A stretch of 59,339 nucleotides of DNA, the filler included, from Asterionella formosa (lineage: Eukaryota): assembly GCA_002256025.1 (NCBI GenBank). It is 7 parts of 7 records of this genome, joined end to end, with 100 filler letters (N's around TTAATTAATTAA, not from the genome) between each part and the next. Parts side by side here need not be neighbours in the genome. Positions count along the whole stretch, not along the records: positions 33,999 to 42,378 come from NKIB01012253.1; positions 42,479 to 50,860 come from NKIB01012258.1; 5 more parts are not named here. One strand, given 5' to 3'. Shown one piece after another: positions 35,043-47,657 of the stretch. The number at the start of each line of letters is the position of its first letter. Position 1 is the first letter of the stretch. The notes under the pieces are model-generated. The model was not told where the DNA came from. It did not search any database and saw only the letters and a list, made by a program, of their open reading frames with translations. Position numbers and translations under genes: made by a program.

Positions 35043-35312
35043 TGATTTGATTCGCGAATGGTAACACGAACATCGTTTTTACGTGTAAAATGACTTTTTT
35101 AAACAACAAATAGGCAAGCAATGGGGAAACATATCGAACCTCTATATTCTCGAATCAATCTATAGGTATAGTCTACTACACTCAACTGGTAGGATCTTTG
35201 GTTTAAGCAAAATTCCCGGTGTCGTAGTTCGCCTTTTTTGCCCTTTTGCTGCACTGCACTGCATTGCACTGCTATAAGAATATTTTTCGCATTGTGCGTG
35301 TGTGTATTGTTG

Positions 35313-36875
35313 TTACTGCTTTGGTCCACCACTTCGTTTGCTCATAATGATTTGATCCACTCTCAATACAGTCAATGCCGCATCAACTGCCAATTGTATG
35401 GCACTCAGTTTCGTTTGATACAAATCCAAAACTTGAGTTGTATGAACGCCTTCTCCTTCTAAATCAACTCCCGACTGTCGATCGTTTGCTTTGGCCAATT
35501 CCGCCAAAATAGCATTCGCGTCCAATCCTGCTGTATCCGCCAACATGCGAGGTACAATCTTGAGTGCCGTCCCAAATGCCCGAATAGCATATTGATCCAA
35601 TCCTGGACTCAAATCCGCATGTGATGAAATGGCCTGCGCCAGGGTAAATTCCGTGGCGCCAGCTCCGTAGACACAACGTCCATCCCGACACGCCACTTGC
35701 AGAGCATGCACCCCATCATCGACAGCCCGTTCAAGATCTTGCAGCATCGATGTAGTGGATGCTTTAAGGACAATGGTTGCGAGTTTTGTGTTGCTTGGAT
35801 TGGTCAACACAGTCAGAACCCTCCCTCCCATGGTAGTCTGTTGTATGGTGTGACATTCCCCCATTTCGTCTGGTGTTGGTGCCCCCAATCGTACTAGGGC
35901 CGTCGCGCCAGTGGCTTGGCACAAGCGTCTAAGTTCCCATTTGGATCCAAGTTTCAAGCAAAGTAATTCGTATCTGTCAATGAAATGCAGTGCCATTTCC
36001 GACACGGTTCCTCCCGTGACGAGAAGCTTTACGCCCGATTCCGCAATGCCTTGAATGATCTCTTCCATCTTAGTTTCTTCCGACTTGTTGTACGAGAGCA
36101 AGTCCTTCGCGTTCTTCATTAGGACCGTCCCCTTTGCTTCTGTCGAGGACGCTTCAATGCCGCAGGAAAAGACCACGACCTTAGCGTTGGTGGCTTCCGT
36201 GAGCAAACTCTCCAGTCCCCTCGTGGCCACATATCCCGGAATCATGGTGGACGTCGAGACCGCGCCTCCCAGCAACTTGACAGTCCTTACAGCTTCCGGC
36301 GCCACATGTCCCTGGTTATCCATGACGGCAAGTCCTGCCTGCACCACCAGCGGCGCCAAGTCCAAGTGCGATCCGTAGTGCTTGGCAGCCAAGACAGGCT
36401 CCACCACTCGGACCAAGTCGTCCCTCGTCACCGTTGCACACACGAGCCCCTCCAAGTACTCTCTCAAGTACTCGTACGCTGCCTGATATCCCACAATGAC
36501 TTCTGATGTATGCAGGCCCATCGTCATGAGTGCCAACGACTGCCGCAGCAACTCTCCCGCCAACGTGACGACCAAGTTCGTCCCATCCCCACATTCCTTG
36601 TCTTGGCGCTTGGCTGCCAATTCCAACAGTTTGGCGGCGGGGTGCTCTACTTCCAATTCTCCCAAAATAAAGGCGCAATCGCTGGTGACTGACATTTTCT
36701 CCAAATGGTTGACCAGCAATTTGTGTCGACCAAAGGGACCCATGGACGTGTGCACGACGGACGCCAATTCCACCGCGGCTTCAATGTTCCGAACGACCGC
36801 GTCGTCCCAATGCTTGTGCCCGTCCTTGAGCATCACACCCAGTCCAGCGGCGGAGTTGTATGACATGGATGACAT
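35313..36875 (-). CDS. CCT8: T-complex protein 1 subunit theta (CCT-theta), 520 aa
   Basis: MLKDGHKH...RNIEA, TSMGPFG, VEHPAAK, GDGTN, TEAKGTVL, KWELRRLC, ERAVDDGV and VLRVDQIIMSK. Confidence 0.95.
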   Translation of the reverse strand: MSSMSYNSAAGLGVMLKDGHKHWDDAVVRNIEAAVELASVVHTSMGPFGRHKLLVNHLEKMSVTSDCAFILGELEVEHPAAKLLELAAKRQDKECGDGTNLVVTLAGELLRQSLALMTMGLHTSEVIVGYQAAYEYLREYLEGLVCATVTRDDLVRVVEPVLAAKHYGSHLDLAPLVVQAGLAVMDNQGHVAPEAVRTVKLLGGAVSTSTMIPGYVATRGLESLLTEATNAKVVVFSCGIEASSTEAKGTVLMKNAKDLLSYNKSEETKMEEIIQGIAESGVKLLVTGGTVSEMALHFIDRYELLCLKLGSKWELRRLCQATGATALVRLGAPTPDEMGECHTIQQTTMGGRVLTVLTNPSNTKLATIVLKASTTSMLQDLERAVDDGVHALQVACRDGRCVYGAGATEFTLAQAISSHADLSPGLDQYAIRAFGTALKIVPRMLADTAGLDANAILAELAKANDRQSGVDLEGEGVHTTQVLDLYQTKLSAIQLAVDAALTVLRVDQIIMSKRSGGPKQ

Positions 36876-37691
36876 GGTGTAGTGNNNNNNNNNNNNNNNN
36901 NNNNNNNNNNNNNNNNNNNNNNNNNNNNNNNNNNNNNNNNNNNNNNNNNNNNNNNNNNNNNNNNNNNNNNNNNNNNNNNNNNNNNNNNNNNNNNNNNNNN
37001 NNNNNNNNNNNNNNNNNNNNNNNNNNNNNNNNNNNNNNNNNNNNNNNNNNNNNNNNNNNNNNNNNNNNNNNNNNNNNNNNNNNNNNNNNNNNNNNNNNNN
37101 NNNNNNNNNNNNNNNNNNNNNNNNNNNNNNNNNNNNNNNNNNNNNNNNNNNNNNNNNNNNNNNNNNNNNNNNNNNNNNNNNNNNNNNNNNNNNNNNNNNN
37201 NNNNNNNNNNNNNNNNNNNNNNNNNNNNNNNNNNNNNNNNNNNNNNNNNNNNNNNNNNNNNNNNNNNNNNNNNNNNNNNNNNNNNNNNNNNNNNNNNNNN
37301 NNNNNNNNNNNNNNNNNNNNNNNNNNNNNNNNNNNNNNNNNNNNNNNNNNNNNNNNNNNNNNNNNNNNNNNNNNNNNNNNNNNNNNNNNNNNNNNNNNNN
37401 NNNNNNNNNNNNNNNNNNNNNNNNNNNNNNNNNNNNNNNNNNNNNNNNNNNNNNNNNNNNNNNNNNNNNNNNNNNNNNNNNNNNNNNNNNNNNNNNNNNN
37501 NNNNNNNNNNNNNNNNNNNNNNNNNNNNNNNNNNNNNNNNNNNNNNNNNNNNNNNNNNNNNNNNNNNNNNNNNNNNNNNNNNNNNNNNNNNNNNNNNNNN
37601 NNNNNNNNNNNNNNNNNNNNNNNNNNNNNNNNNNNNNNNNNNNNNNNNNNNNNNNNNNNNNNNNNNNNNNNNNGCCAATACTACTTTTATA

Positions 37692-40046
37692 ATGCACCAT
37701 CGTCAGATCATTCCAAGAAAGAAGGAGAAACTGAAACGAAAGTATAATGTTGCCATTCTCATTAGGATCCTTCTGCTCATTTTGCTGTTGATTTCCATCG
37801 TTGGTATCATTATCTTATACATCATTATCAATCACTCCACCATCATTCCATCGTCATCATTATCATCTGATGGCGATCGTGTGTATCCAAAGAAGAACCA
37901 TCCATTACATGATATTGCAAATAATGAAAATGGAAATGCTAATTCTAATTTTAATTCTAATACTATTCAAACGATCAACCAACAACTGAACCAAGAAGAA
38001 AAAGAACATACAGAACAACAGGAACAACAACTTGACAACACACTTCGAGCTTTTTTAGAACCCATCCATCTCGACGACTGGACGATCCTTCCTCTTCCTG
38101 TTCGTACAACAACCGCCAAGGATTTGAAACAACTGGACTTTTCTGTGTTGTCATGTAAGAAACTTGCAGAGCAATGGCCAGTCAACAACGATTCCATCAT
38201 ACATCAAGATGCATTCCTACCATGGATACATGATGTATTCCCAAATGCACAGGGGACTCAATTGCAATTCGTTGCACAGAATAAACGACGATGTCATACA
38301 GGAACAACAACGGAAGAAATGCAACTATTGAAACACAATCAACCACAAGTGGCACTCTTTCAAGGAGTCAGCGTCAAACGAATTGTTATCAATCATGACA
38401 AGAAAACTAAGAATGCTACTACTTCAACTACAACTACCACTATCAGTACTGACGAGGAAAGATTTCAATTGGTACCTCATGACGAAGCAGATCCAGATGG
38501 AATGGACACTCGATTCATTTGTCGCTTCAAGCCTTCCAATCAAATAACACTCAGTCAACACAATATCAATTACGACTACGCGGCATATCGGAAAGGACAT
38601 ACAGAAACGTTTACTGAAAAAGGACGTACTGATATTAAATCCATTCATACATCACAATTAGTCTTTTACTGTCCCATTCCGGAAAATTTACAACCTTTAG
38701 TCAAGACTGGGGAGTCAGTACAGAATGATCAAGCAACACTTTTTGTGGATCTTATTCCCATTCGGACACCTCCCCGATATAGTGCTCCCAATTCATACTT
38801 ACCACCTCGGTACAAGGAATTTCAAGAAACAAATACACACAAACGATTTCATCCAAAGACAGCATGGGGAGATGCACATGTATTGCCACTCATTCAAGAT
38901 AGTGGACGATGGGAAAATATTCCAATTTGCAAACCAACCCACTTGACATTTCCTGAATCCAAACCACTACCATCCATTGATACGACGACACAAAAACGAC
39001 ACCGATTGGTGGCTTGTGTTTGGGCATCCTCGGGGTATGCTACTCGTGGAGGGCGTTTCGGGATACATGATGGACAACGACGATTGAGAGAATGGATACA
39101 TTTCAATCAATTGGTGGGATTTCAACATTTTTATATTTATGACAATTCTGTGGCACATTCCAATCAAACTCTCCAATCTGTCACTGATGACTATCCAGAC
39201 ATTACAACAAGAATTGTATGGCCAAGTAAAGTTTGCAATAACAACAAGAACAATGTGGACAGCCCTGGTGAACGATCGTCACAATATGCTGCGGAAAGTT
39301 CATGTCGATTACGATTCGGACCACATGTAGAATGGATTGGCCAATTTGATATTGATGAGTATTTGGTCCCCATGGGAGATTACACAACTGTCCCACAATT
39401 GTTGGATACATTGGATTCACAAGGCAAAAAGATTATTAGCTTTGCTTCTTGGCGGGCCTGGCCAAGACGAGATTTGATTGTCCCTCCTGTTCCCATACAT
39501 GACAATGCATCAATATGTGCTGATCCTCGTCCATGCTTTCATTGTACTGTACCACCCAATCGTACCATTTTGCAAACATACAATTGTGATCGTTTTCAAG
39601 GACAAAAACAAAAAAGTATGCCAGCAGAAAAGCAACTATATCGACCTGAGTATGTACTACAGCACTTTGTTCATTATTCTACAGTCACTGTGTTGTCCAT
39701 GTACAATAAGGAAGAAACATTGGCAGCTGGATTAGTGTGGAAGAATCATATCAGTGTCGATCCATTGTCTCGATTTTCTGATGAAACCAAGGAGGGAACA
39801 ATGTTACATACCAAAGCCATGGCAACTCAGGATACAGCTGGATGGTTGGATACATGTACTGGCAAGTCAACATGGGGACTCTGTCGCATTGGAAATCCAT
39901 GGCCTCCACCCGACCCCAAAATACCAAATGCAACCAAGGATGAATTGGGATGGTTGTACAATTGTTATGTCAATCACAAGATTGATGATTACTATGTTCC
40001 AAAATTGGAAAAAAGTCTCATGGACAAAATTGGTCAATTGTCCTGA
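37692..40046 (+). CDS. Type II membrane glycosyltransferase family 92-like protein
   Basis: N-terminal TM helix, LREWIHFNQLVGFQHFYIYDNS and the DxD motif WIGQFDIDEYLVP. Confidence 0.82.
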   Translation: MHHRQIIPRKKEKLKRKYNVAILIRILLLILLLISIVGIIILYIIINHSTIIPSSSLSSDGDRVYPKKNHPLHDIANNENGNANSNFNSNTIQTINQQLNQEEKEHTEQQEQQLDNTLRAFLEPIHLDDWTILPLPVRTTTAKDLKQLDFSVLSCKKLAEQWPVNNDSIIHQDAFLPWIHDVFPNAQGTQLQFVAQNKRRCHTGTTTEEMQLLKHNQPQVALFQGVSVKRIVINHDKKTKNATTSTTTTTISTDEERFQLVPHDEADPDGMDTRFICRFKPSNQITLSQHNINYDYAAYRKGHTETFTEKGRTDIKSIHTSQLVFYCPIPENLQPLVKTGESVQNDQATLFVDLIPIRTPPRYSAPNSYLPPRYKEFQETNTHKRFHPKTAWGDAHVLPLIQDSGRWENIPICKPTHLTFPESKPLPSIDTTTQKRHRLVACVWASSGYATRGGRFGIHDGQRRLREWIHFNQLVGFQHFYIYDNSVAHSNQTLQSVTDDYPDITTRIVWPSKVCNNNKNNVDSPGERSSQYAAESSCRLRFGPHVEWIGQFDIDEYLVPMGDYTTVPQLLDTLDSQGKKIISFASWRAWPRRDLIVPPVPIHDNASICADPRPCFHCTVPPNRTILQTYNCDRFQGQKQKSMPAEKQLYRPEYVLQHFVHYSTVTVLSMYNKEETLAAGLVWKNHISVDPLSRFSDETKEGTMLHTKAMATQDTAGWLDTCTGKSTWGLCRIGNPWPPPDPKIPNATKDELGWLYNCYVNHKIDDYYVPKLEKSLMDKIGQLS

Positions 40047-41045
40047 ACAGTATTATTGGTAGTTACTGTAAGTATTAGTGATGTAGAAGCATGCAAATTT
40101 GTAGAAATGAAATGAACTCTATCACATTCATGCTTGCTTGTTGGAGATGGTAGACTCACATTTTAGAAAAGTCATAGTAAATTCCAATAAAGTTTTGGCT
40201 ATGTTATATTTGATACTGTACAAGGAAGACTACCAGTACAGTGGTGGTAGACAACTATATTTACAAACATGGAGGGAGAGACCTATCACGTGTAGTGGGC
40301 AACATAGNNNNNNNNNNNNNNNNNNNNNNNNNNNNNNNNNNNNNNNNNNNNNNNNNNNNNNNNNNNNNNNNNNNNNNNNNNNNNNNNNNNNNNNNNNNNN
40401 NNNNNNNNNNNNNNNNNNNNNNNNNNNNNNNNNNNNNNNNNNNNNNNNNNNNNNNNNNNNNNNNNNNNNNNNNNNNNNNNNNNNNNNNNNNNNNNNNNNN
40501 NNNNNNNNNNNNNNNNNNNNNNNNNNNNNNNNNNNNNNNNNNNNNNNNNNNNNNNNNNNNNNNNNNNNNNNNNNNNNNNNNNNNNNNNNNNNNNNNNNNN
40601 NNNNNNNNNNNNNNNNNNNNNNNNNNNNNNNNNNNNNNNNNNNNNNNNNNNNNNNNNNNNNNNNNNNNNNNNNNNNNNNNNNNNNNNNNNNNNNNNNNNN
40701 NNNNNNNNNNNNNNNNNNNNNNNNNNNNNNNNNNNNNNNNNNNNNNNNNNNNNNNNNNNNNNNNNNNNNNNNNNNNNNNNNNNNNNNNNNNNNNNNNNNN
40801 NNNNNNNNNNNNNNNNNNNNNNNNNNNNNNNNNNNNNNNNNNNNNNNNNNNNNNNNNNNNNNNNNNNNNNNNNNNNNNNNNNNNNNNNNNNNNNNNNNNN
40901 NNNNNNNNNNNNNNNNNNNNNNNNNNNNNNNNNNNNNNNNNNNNNNNNNNNNNNNNNNNNNNNNNNNNNNNNNNNNNNNNNNNNNNNNNNNNNNNNNNNN
41001 NNNNNNNNNNNNNNNNNNNNNNNNNNNNNNNNNNNNNNNNNNNNN

Positions 41046-41157
41046 AGTTACGTGAGAGTGACCCAGCCCGCGGGAAGGAGTATGGACCTTTTGCTCCATG
41101 GCTTTGATTTGTTTTGTTCCACCACCCGCCGAATTTCTGCTCTCGGCGGCGGCTCAT
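41046..41157 (-). CDS. Possible 5' end of a gene running into the N gap
   Basis: ATG-initiated open frame MSRRREQKFGGWWNK..., divergent from the DCC1-like gene across a GGTACC-containing spacer. Confidence 0.3.
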
Positions 41158-41927
41158 GACGTATCAGTATACCGGTATGTATGTAATGGTAAGTATCATT
41201 CGAATGATAGATGGTCAGGCAGCACGCATGATTTAATATGTTGACTACATAACGGTTGGGTCAACCGGTACCTGGTTACCTGGTACCGGAACTAATTGAC
41301 AGATATTCTTATGATATATACTCTTACCGGTATATCGATATTCATAAATATATTTGCTTTCGTCGCCGACCACGGCCACAAGAAGACTGCATCGTCATGT
41401 ATTAAAAGCAGAAGGCAGAATTACTGCACAACCTGTCTCAATCCAACGTACGTATGTGTAGAGAGTTATGGAGAACATGTAGTATACCGGTAGTACCTGG
41501 TACTTTGGTGAAGCGCTGGCTGGCAATGTTTGATTTGGTCATGCCGCTAGACGGGGGATTCCGAGGTCACAGGTACGCACCGCTGAAAAGGAAACACACC
41601 ACACGGTATGTCAAGATATACTACCGGTACATAGGAATGAAGCAAGAAACTATTATACTCGAACGAGAGCACAGCAATTTTCCCATATGCACAGCATGTA
41701 GATTTTTCTTTTCGAGAAACATAAAACTGACTGCGGCAGTGCAGAAAGTGATGACCACCAATTTGAACCAGTCTGCCGAGATTCTCACTCTTGTATTTCA
41801 CAATAATAATCTTCTATTCAGTGAATCCTCCCCACCACTCTGTTGTCAACAAAACAAGCAATTGAGCAAGAAAATAAGGAAGCTACTTAGCAAGCTAGCA
41901 CATCGCAATCAGAAATAACAAACCACG

Positions 41928-42378
41928 ATGAAGTATTCAACATTCTACTTTTCCACGATTCTATCGTCCCTGCTAGTTATCACCGGCCACTCCTTGACCA
42001 CACCGCGAGTGACGTTGCCATCATGGACAGCCACATCTTCGATGTTGTCGGCATCAGTGTCAGTGACGGACAAGGAGTTTTCTGGATTTGGGGTGACTTG
42101 GGATTGGGAGCAAGTGACAGCACAAGTCTTTCAAGACGATAAACGACCCATCATTCTCTTTGATGGTGTATGCAATTTGTGCAATGGTGGAGTCAATTTT
42201 GCTTTGGATCATGATGCTAAAGGTGAGTGTGCAGGGAGAATATATTGTATATTTTGTAATCAGACTCCTCTCATTCAAACCAAATTACAATCATAGCTAC
42301 CTTTCGATTCGTTTCACTTCAATCCAAAGTGGGCCAATCTCTCTTAATTCGAAGTGGTCGCAATCCATCGGACATTTC
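41928..42378 (+). CDS. DCC1-like thiol-disulfide oxidoreductase (DUF393), plastid-type presequence, intron 42223-42296, 3'-truncated
   Basis: PIILFDGVCNLCNGGVNF (DxxCxxC). After splicing it continues ATFRFVSLQSKVGQSLL. Confidence 0.88.
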
Positions 42379-43989
42379 NNNNNNNNNNNNNNNNNNNNNN
42401 NNNNNNNNNNNNNNNNNNNNNNTTAATTAATTAANNNNNNNNNNNNNNNNNNNNNNNNNNNNNNNNNNNNNNNNNNNNCATATTTGTATTACTCTATGTA
42501 TCTAATGATGATGATCCCCTGATCATATTTTTTCAATTTATCATATAGCACAATAATTATCATTGTAAATAAAATTGTAACTGTTTCGGCTATTCATTTA
42601 CAATTATTAGTAAAATAAGAAAATTTTAAAGTATGCATTTATTGAAACTCGAATGAAATGGAGTGTTGAGTTGCACTGGTGCCCATATGGGCCCCAAGGG
42701 AATGACTAGTGAAGGTGAGTCCATTGAGGGAGTCATAGGCGGGGGGGGGTTGCAGACTGGGAAACAAATGTAAAGAAGGCAAGCAAGGGAAAGCATCCAG
42801 GTCGTAGAGGAGTCAAAAGTATGTGTAGAGCAGCCAGTATAGGGAAAGAGAGAGCAAAGACAAATGCCAATCAAGAAGTAGAAAGCAAATATGAAAATTG
42901 CATGGCGATTTGGGAGAGTTGTTTTAAATGAGGGTCCAGAAGTGGAAGAATCAATGAAAGTGGTAGCCTGATGATGAAGAAATAAGATGAGAGCAAAGGA
43001 AGGGTCTTGGGAGATGCAGACAGAATACAGCATGGCAAACTGTATTGCCATTTGTGTGAAAAAAATTGAGAATCCTGGCAGCAGGCAATTGCCAGGATGA
43101 AATGTAGGACGAAAGAGCTATGTGAGAGCAAACAAATGGTTAAGTGGACTGAAAGAAGTGCTGTTATTGTATTTGGTTGGTTGAAGCTAGGTTAGCAGCG
43201 GGCTTCCTTGCAGCAGTACTGTCGAGGGAATTAGCGGCGATGTCATTTGGATTAGATGCATCAGACGAGTGCCTTGTACTTGCGGACTGAAGCGGCGATT
43301 GGGGATGTTTGAAGGGAGGTCAAGGGTGGCTGAATGGTTCAGCACACAACATGATACACATCTGGATACCACAACAATGAACGCAACATTGAACTGCATT
43401 GCAACATCAGCCAATCACTTCATAAATAGCATTTATTATAGAACATTCTACTACTGTTGTAGTGAGAACTTATCCTATCCGACTAGTGTAATAAATAAAT
43501 AGATCACATAGTCGAATATAAGATCTATCTGTGCGTGTTTTAGAATTGAAATAAAAGGATGACTACATTAAGTTAAGATTATGATCAAATGCTGTTTAAA
43601 TTAGGTACCGTTACTAAAAACCACTATGATGCAGTCAGAAGACCATGGTTTCATCATGTACGGTGATTTACTTGTCCTATTAATACAATCAATAAATGCA
43701 TAGATCATATAGTCGAATAAGGGATGTATCTGTAGTATAGAATAGAAATAAAAGTATGATTACATAAGCAAAATGAAGATAAAAGTACTGTCGTGATATA
43801 CACTGTAGACCATGATACCACCACCATGAGTTACTATCAACGATGTACTTACCATCTACGATTTATAGGATTAAAGAGTGGGTCGTCGGGACAGCACGAA
43901 ATATTACGCCGATGTAGGGGATTAATTTGGTCACTGACTTGTACTAACAATAGTAGGTACACGAATTGATATTGAAAATATTCAAAAAG

Positions 43990-44310
43990 TAGATCAGGTT
44001 GTGGAAAACAATAAACTTATTCAGCATTGAATATTTTCGAATTATGTAAACGTTAAATTGATGATATTATACACAAGATGGTAACTAAGAATTCTTTGAA
44101 TGATGCAAATGTTCAACTGTATATATATATTCATAAATTTACAAATTTTTTATAGATATAAACATGGCTACTACATCTGGAATCGCGTGTACTTACATGT
44201 TCCTCTTCATGCATACTTCGTGAAATGAAAGATCAAAACACATGATGAGGAAAACTGAATTGACACTACAGCACAAAGTGATACCTTGTGGCTTCGATGG
44301 ATTGAATAGG
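43990..44310. repeat. Dispersed AT-rich repeat, homologous (inverted) to 55360-55690
   Basis: Shared GTGGAAAACAAT...GCATTGAATATTTTCGA, ATTTACAAATTTT, CTTCGTGAAA-GAAA and GTGGCTTCGA. Confidence 0.65.
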
Positions 44311-45670
44311 AAATGTAAAAGGAATCAAGTTATGTACTACGTCAAGGGCAAATGCCAAGATGATTGCTGGTTGGGTTCACAAACACTAAATGATTCAATG
44401 ACTCATTTTGCATATGGTGGCTGGGAAACCACCAGCAATGTAGACAAAAGAATTGGTAAGTGCTCTTGTTAGATCAATTCACACCTTTTAGACCAAAACT
44501 GCACATACATGTTTATCTTTTAGTATAATGTTAAACAAGCATTATTTATAATTTATAATTGCTGGATGACTGCTTTATTGATGTATATTTATGCGATATT
44601 CAACTGACACATTTTTTTCAGAAATATGAGTCAGTTACTTCGATATGTGGTAAGCGAAGATAGAATAGAAGTGCATGTTTTAGTGTAACCAAAACATGAC
44701 TAACAAGTAATTGTTTCTCATTGTTAGTATAGTTAGGACATCAAAATGGATCAAACAACAGAATAGTGGGCGAACTCAGAATCAGACTAAATGGAAAGGG
44801 GGAATGCAAGCGCTTACAAAGGGTGAAACGAATGCAATCAGTGAGATAGAAGCATACAAAAAAATTTGTTGCTACTTGATATATAGAAACATATAAATCC
44901 TCTCTATAATAAGCATCTCAATTATTCGACAATAAAGAAGCATGTCAAATAAATGGGCATTGCATGTCCACCTCTATTAATCACTCAAAATATCAATCCT
45001 CCACTCATAGGATCCCATTATTTTATCATAGTTGAGAAATAGACATATCAGTATACAAGTGCAAGACAGTAAGTCTTCACCCTCTGTCATGCCTTACCTT
45101 CAGTATGCATTAATACAGTAGTAACTGATGGCATTTCTTATTTTAATGCTCTAAGTGAGGGAAACCAACCTGATATCAGTCAAGATATCAGTAGTTTATA
45201 AATGAAAAATTAGGACAAGCGTTGATAACAAAGAAGTCTACGTTATTATTGTGAGTGTGTAAACCATCAAACACACTCCTACTAATCTCACCAAATGTTG
45301 GAAGAATCAATGCCAGCAGTGAAGACCAGAACATAACCTTCATATACCTGGCTCCAGTTCCGACAAAAGAAACTGGCAAAGCCAACACTTCCAAGACCCC
45401 CATCCATGCAGACCAAAGGCTCCAACGAATCCATCGCTAAGCATGGACATGCCCTCAACCATCACACAGCCAAACCTCAGACCATCACCATTTGCTCGGA
45501 TGCCTATGATCAACTCGAATCCAATTGTGGCGCAACGAAACCCGGATAATCCGATATTCACACACAACGGAGTATATGAGAGCACACAAATGAAGGAGCC
45601 AAAGGGACCTGGTACCGGTATACCAAACGGCAACAAATTGACACACATTAATAAATTGTTCGCATGCACG

Positions 45671-47278
45671 ATGGTTGTGTCGACAACACCGTCGCCTCGC
45701 GGCAGGATGATGTCACCATCGCCATCCCCATCCCCTCGAATGGTTCTGAACTCTCCAAGAGGAAACCGGAGATCTCATTCTTGTGGATGGAGAGTTGCTG
45801 CACTAGCCCGGTATGGACCCTTTTCTTTCCTCCTTTTTGCAGCCTACCTTTCTGTTTCTCATCTAAGATCGCAAATACGATTCGGTGCCTTTCTTCACGA
45901 TGATTCAACAGATATTGATTACGATGCAGAGATTATAGACCTTCCAAATTCAAATGGTGCAGGCTTCGTATCACCCTTTGATCCACCTCCCATCGACCCC
46001 GCAACTGAAGCAGCCAAGGCTTTGAAAAGCTACTCTCCCGCCCTTCATCCCATTCTTGATCCTGCCGTCATTACTCCTGATAGTACAAAGCCCTTGTCCG
46101 TCAGGTTTCTCACTGGATCAAACAAGGCGGTCACGTCGGAGACAAGAATGTTGCTCGATGCCATTGAGCGATCGAAATATCTAAAACTCGTGTCCATATC
46201 GTTTCTCGGTCGGCCTCCTACGGTGGATATATTGTACGTCAATGATATAGAAAAATCTAAAGCTCCTGTAATATGGATGGTGGATTTTCTTTCCATAGGA
46301 AGGGACTGCCACGCATTGGAAACCTTGGTGAAGCATGTCAAAGCGTTGGATGGAGCGTCGACGCATCTACAATTGATCCTGTTAGACTACAGTGCAAGTT
46401 GGGAGAATCCATCGTGCCCCAATTTGGAACAATTAGTCCCAAATATTAGACTTGCGAAACGAGGCATTGTAAAAGATCGTCATTGGGACAAAAGTTGGGT
46501 GAAAGTGGGAAAAATCGCACCTAACCTTTCGACGTTTACTGGTGGACCAGCATTGTACATGCCGCATGCTGTCAGACAAGTCTTTGTCGACCAGATAAAA
46601 CTTGCTCATCCATACAAATTGAAAAGATCTACCGATGTTATTCACTTTTGGCGCATGGGAAACAACTCTCACTTCACTCATTTGCGAGACACAGTCAGCA
46701 GTATTGTTTCGTCGATGCAGGGAACAATGGTAGGTACTCACAGGATTCAAGCATTGGTGAAGACTTTTGGAAAGAGCAAAGATATGGATATCAACAGAGT
46801 GCATTCGCAGTACGTTGAAGAAACCTTGAAAAGTAAAATTATTGTCGTTGCACAAAGAGATGAATATGAAGATCATTATCGATTGATGGAATCATTGGCG
46901 AGTGGGGCCATGGTGATGACAGATGTTATGCTTGGATTACCATCGGGCTTTAAAGACAAGGAAAATATTATCGTATATGATAGCGCCGAATCACTTCGGC
47001 AACTGCTAATCTTCTATTTAAATCCAAAGAATGCAGGGAAACGACGTAGAATTGCCCAGAAGGGTTGGGAACTTGCAATGAGTAAACATCGATCATGGCA
47101 CAGAGTCGAAGAACTGTTATTCGGAAAGCCCATTTCAAAAGGCAGGAGAATATTTTCTTTTAAAGCACCCGAGAAAAGGAAACGAAGCAAGGACGGACAA
47201 GAGCACCAGTTTGATTTGGAAGAAACCGTAATATTCAGCGATGTGACTGACAAGGCGAGCAAGGAAGATGATGATTAA
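45671..47278 (+). CDS. Membrane-anchored glycosyltransferase-like protein (C-terminal Glyco_trans_1_2/CgeB-like domain)
   Basis: TM at YGPFSFLLFAAYLSV, plus SKIIVVAQRDEYEDHYRLMESLASGAMVMTD...RRRIAQKGWELAMSKHRSWHRVEELL. The start could be upstream (45443). Confidence 0.8.
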   Translation: MVVSTTPSPRGRMMSPSPSPSPRMVLNSPRGNRRSHSCGWRVAALARYGPFSFLLFAAYLSVSHLRSQIRFGAFLHDDSTDIDYDAEIIDLPNSNGAGFVSPFDPPPIDPATEAAKALKSYSPALHPILDPAVITPDSTKPLSVRFLTGSNKAVTSETRMLLDAIERSKYLKLVSISFLGRPPTVDILYVNDIEKSKAPVIWMVDFLSIGRDCHALETLVKHVKALDGASTHLQLILLDYSASWENPSCPNLEQLVPNIRLAKRGIVKDRHWDKSWVKVGKIAPNLSTFTGGPALYMPHAVRQVFVDQIKLAHPYKLKRSTDVIHFWRMGNNSHFTHLRDTVSSIVSSMQGTMVGTHRIQALVKTFGKSKDMDINRVHSQYVEETLKSKIIVVAQRDEYEDHYRLMESLASGAMVMTDVMLGLPSGFKDKENIIVYDSAESLRQLLIFYLNPKNAGKRRRIAQKGWELAMSKHRSWHRVEELLFGKPISKGRRIFSFKAPEKRKRSKDGQEHQFDLEETVIFSDVTDKASKEDDD

Positions 47279-47657
47279 AGGTTCAATTGTCAACCCTTTC
47301 AACATTGCATCGACCAGCATTTATTTTCTGGTCTGTCGAAGGAGATTTTTTCCGCATATAATGGATAGGTCTGTCAAGGAGGGTTGTCTTGGCACTCTCT
47401 ATGAATTGGAGAAGCAACACGACAAGACTCCCCTATTCAGTCTCAAGAAGCCAATCTATACCGACAACAGTTAATTGATACTTTCAGAAAAAAGGAGAGT
47501 CCCACATAATTTTTTTGAGTGGATAGTTTTAAAGTAATATAGCTCTGGCAATTCTCCTTTTTTTATACAAAAACACACTATATACAACAATTGAAGTATG
47601 AGGTTCGTCACGAGTTTCTTGCCATATACACGAGTAATTTCCTTAGTTGTTTAATCC

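Noticed and set aside
36882..41157. Very long ORFs in the track spanning X runs
   Set aside because: They are artefacts of translating through N gaps. The real CDSs are CCT8 and the GT92-like gene.
42626..43414. Purine-skewed, coding-like stretch (possible tyrosine-recombinase retroelement relic)
   Set aside because: No diagnostic motif could be recovered by eye; it needs TBLASTX.
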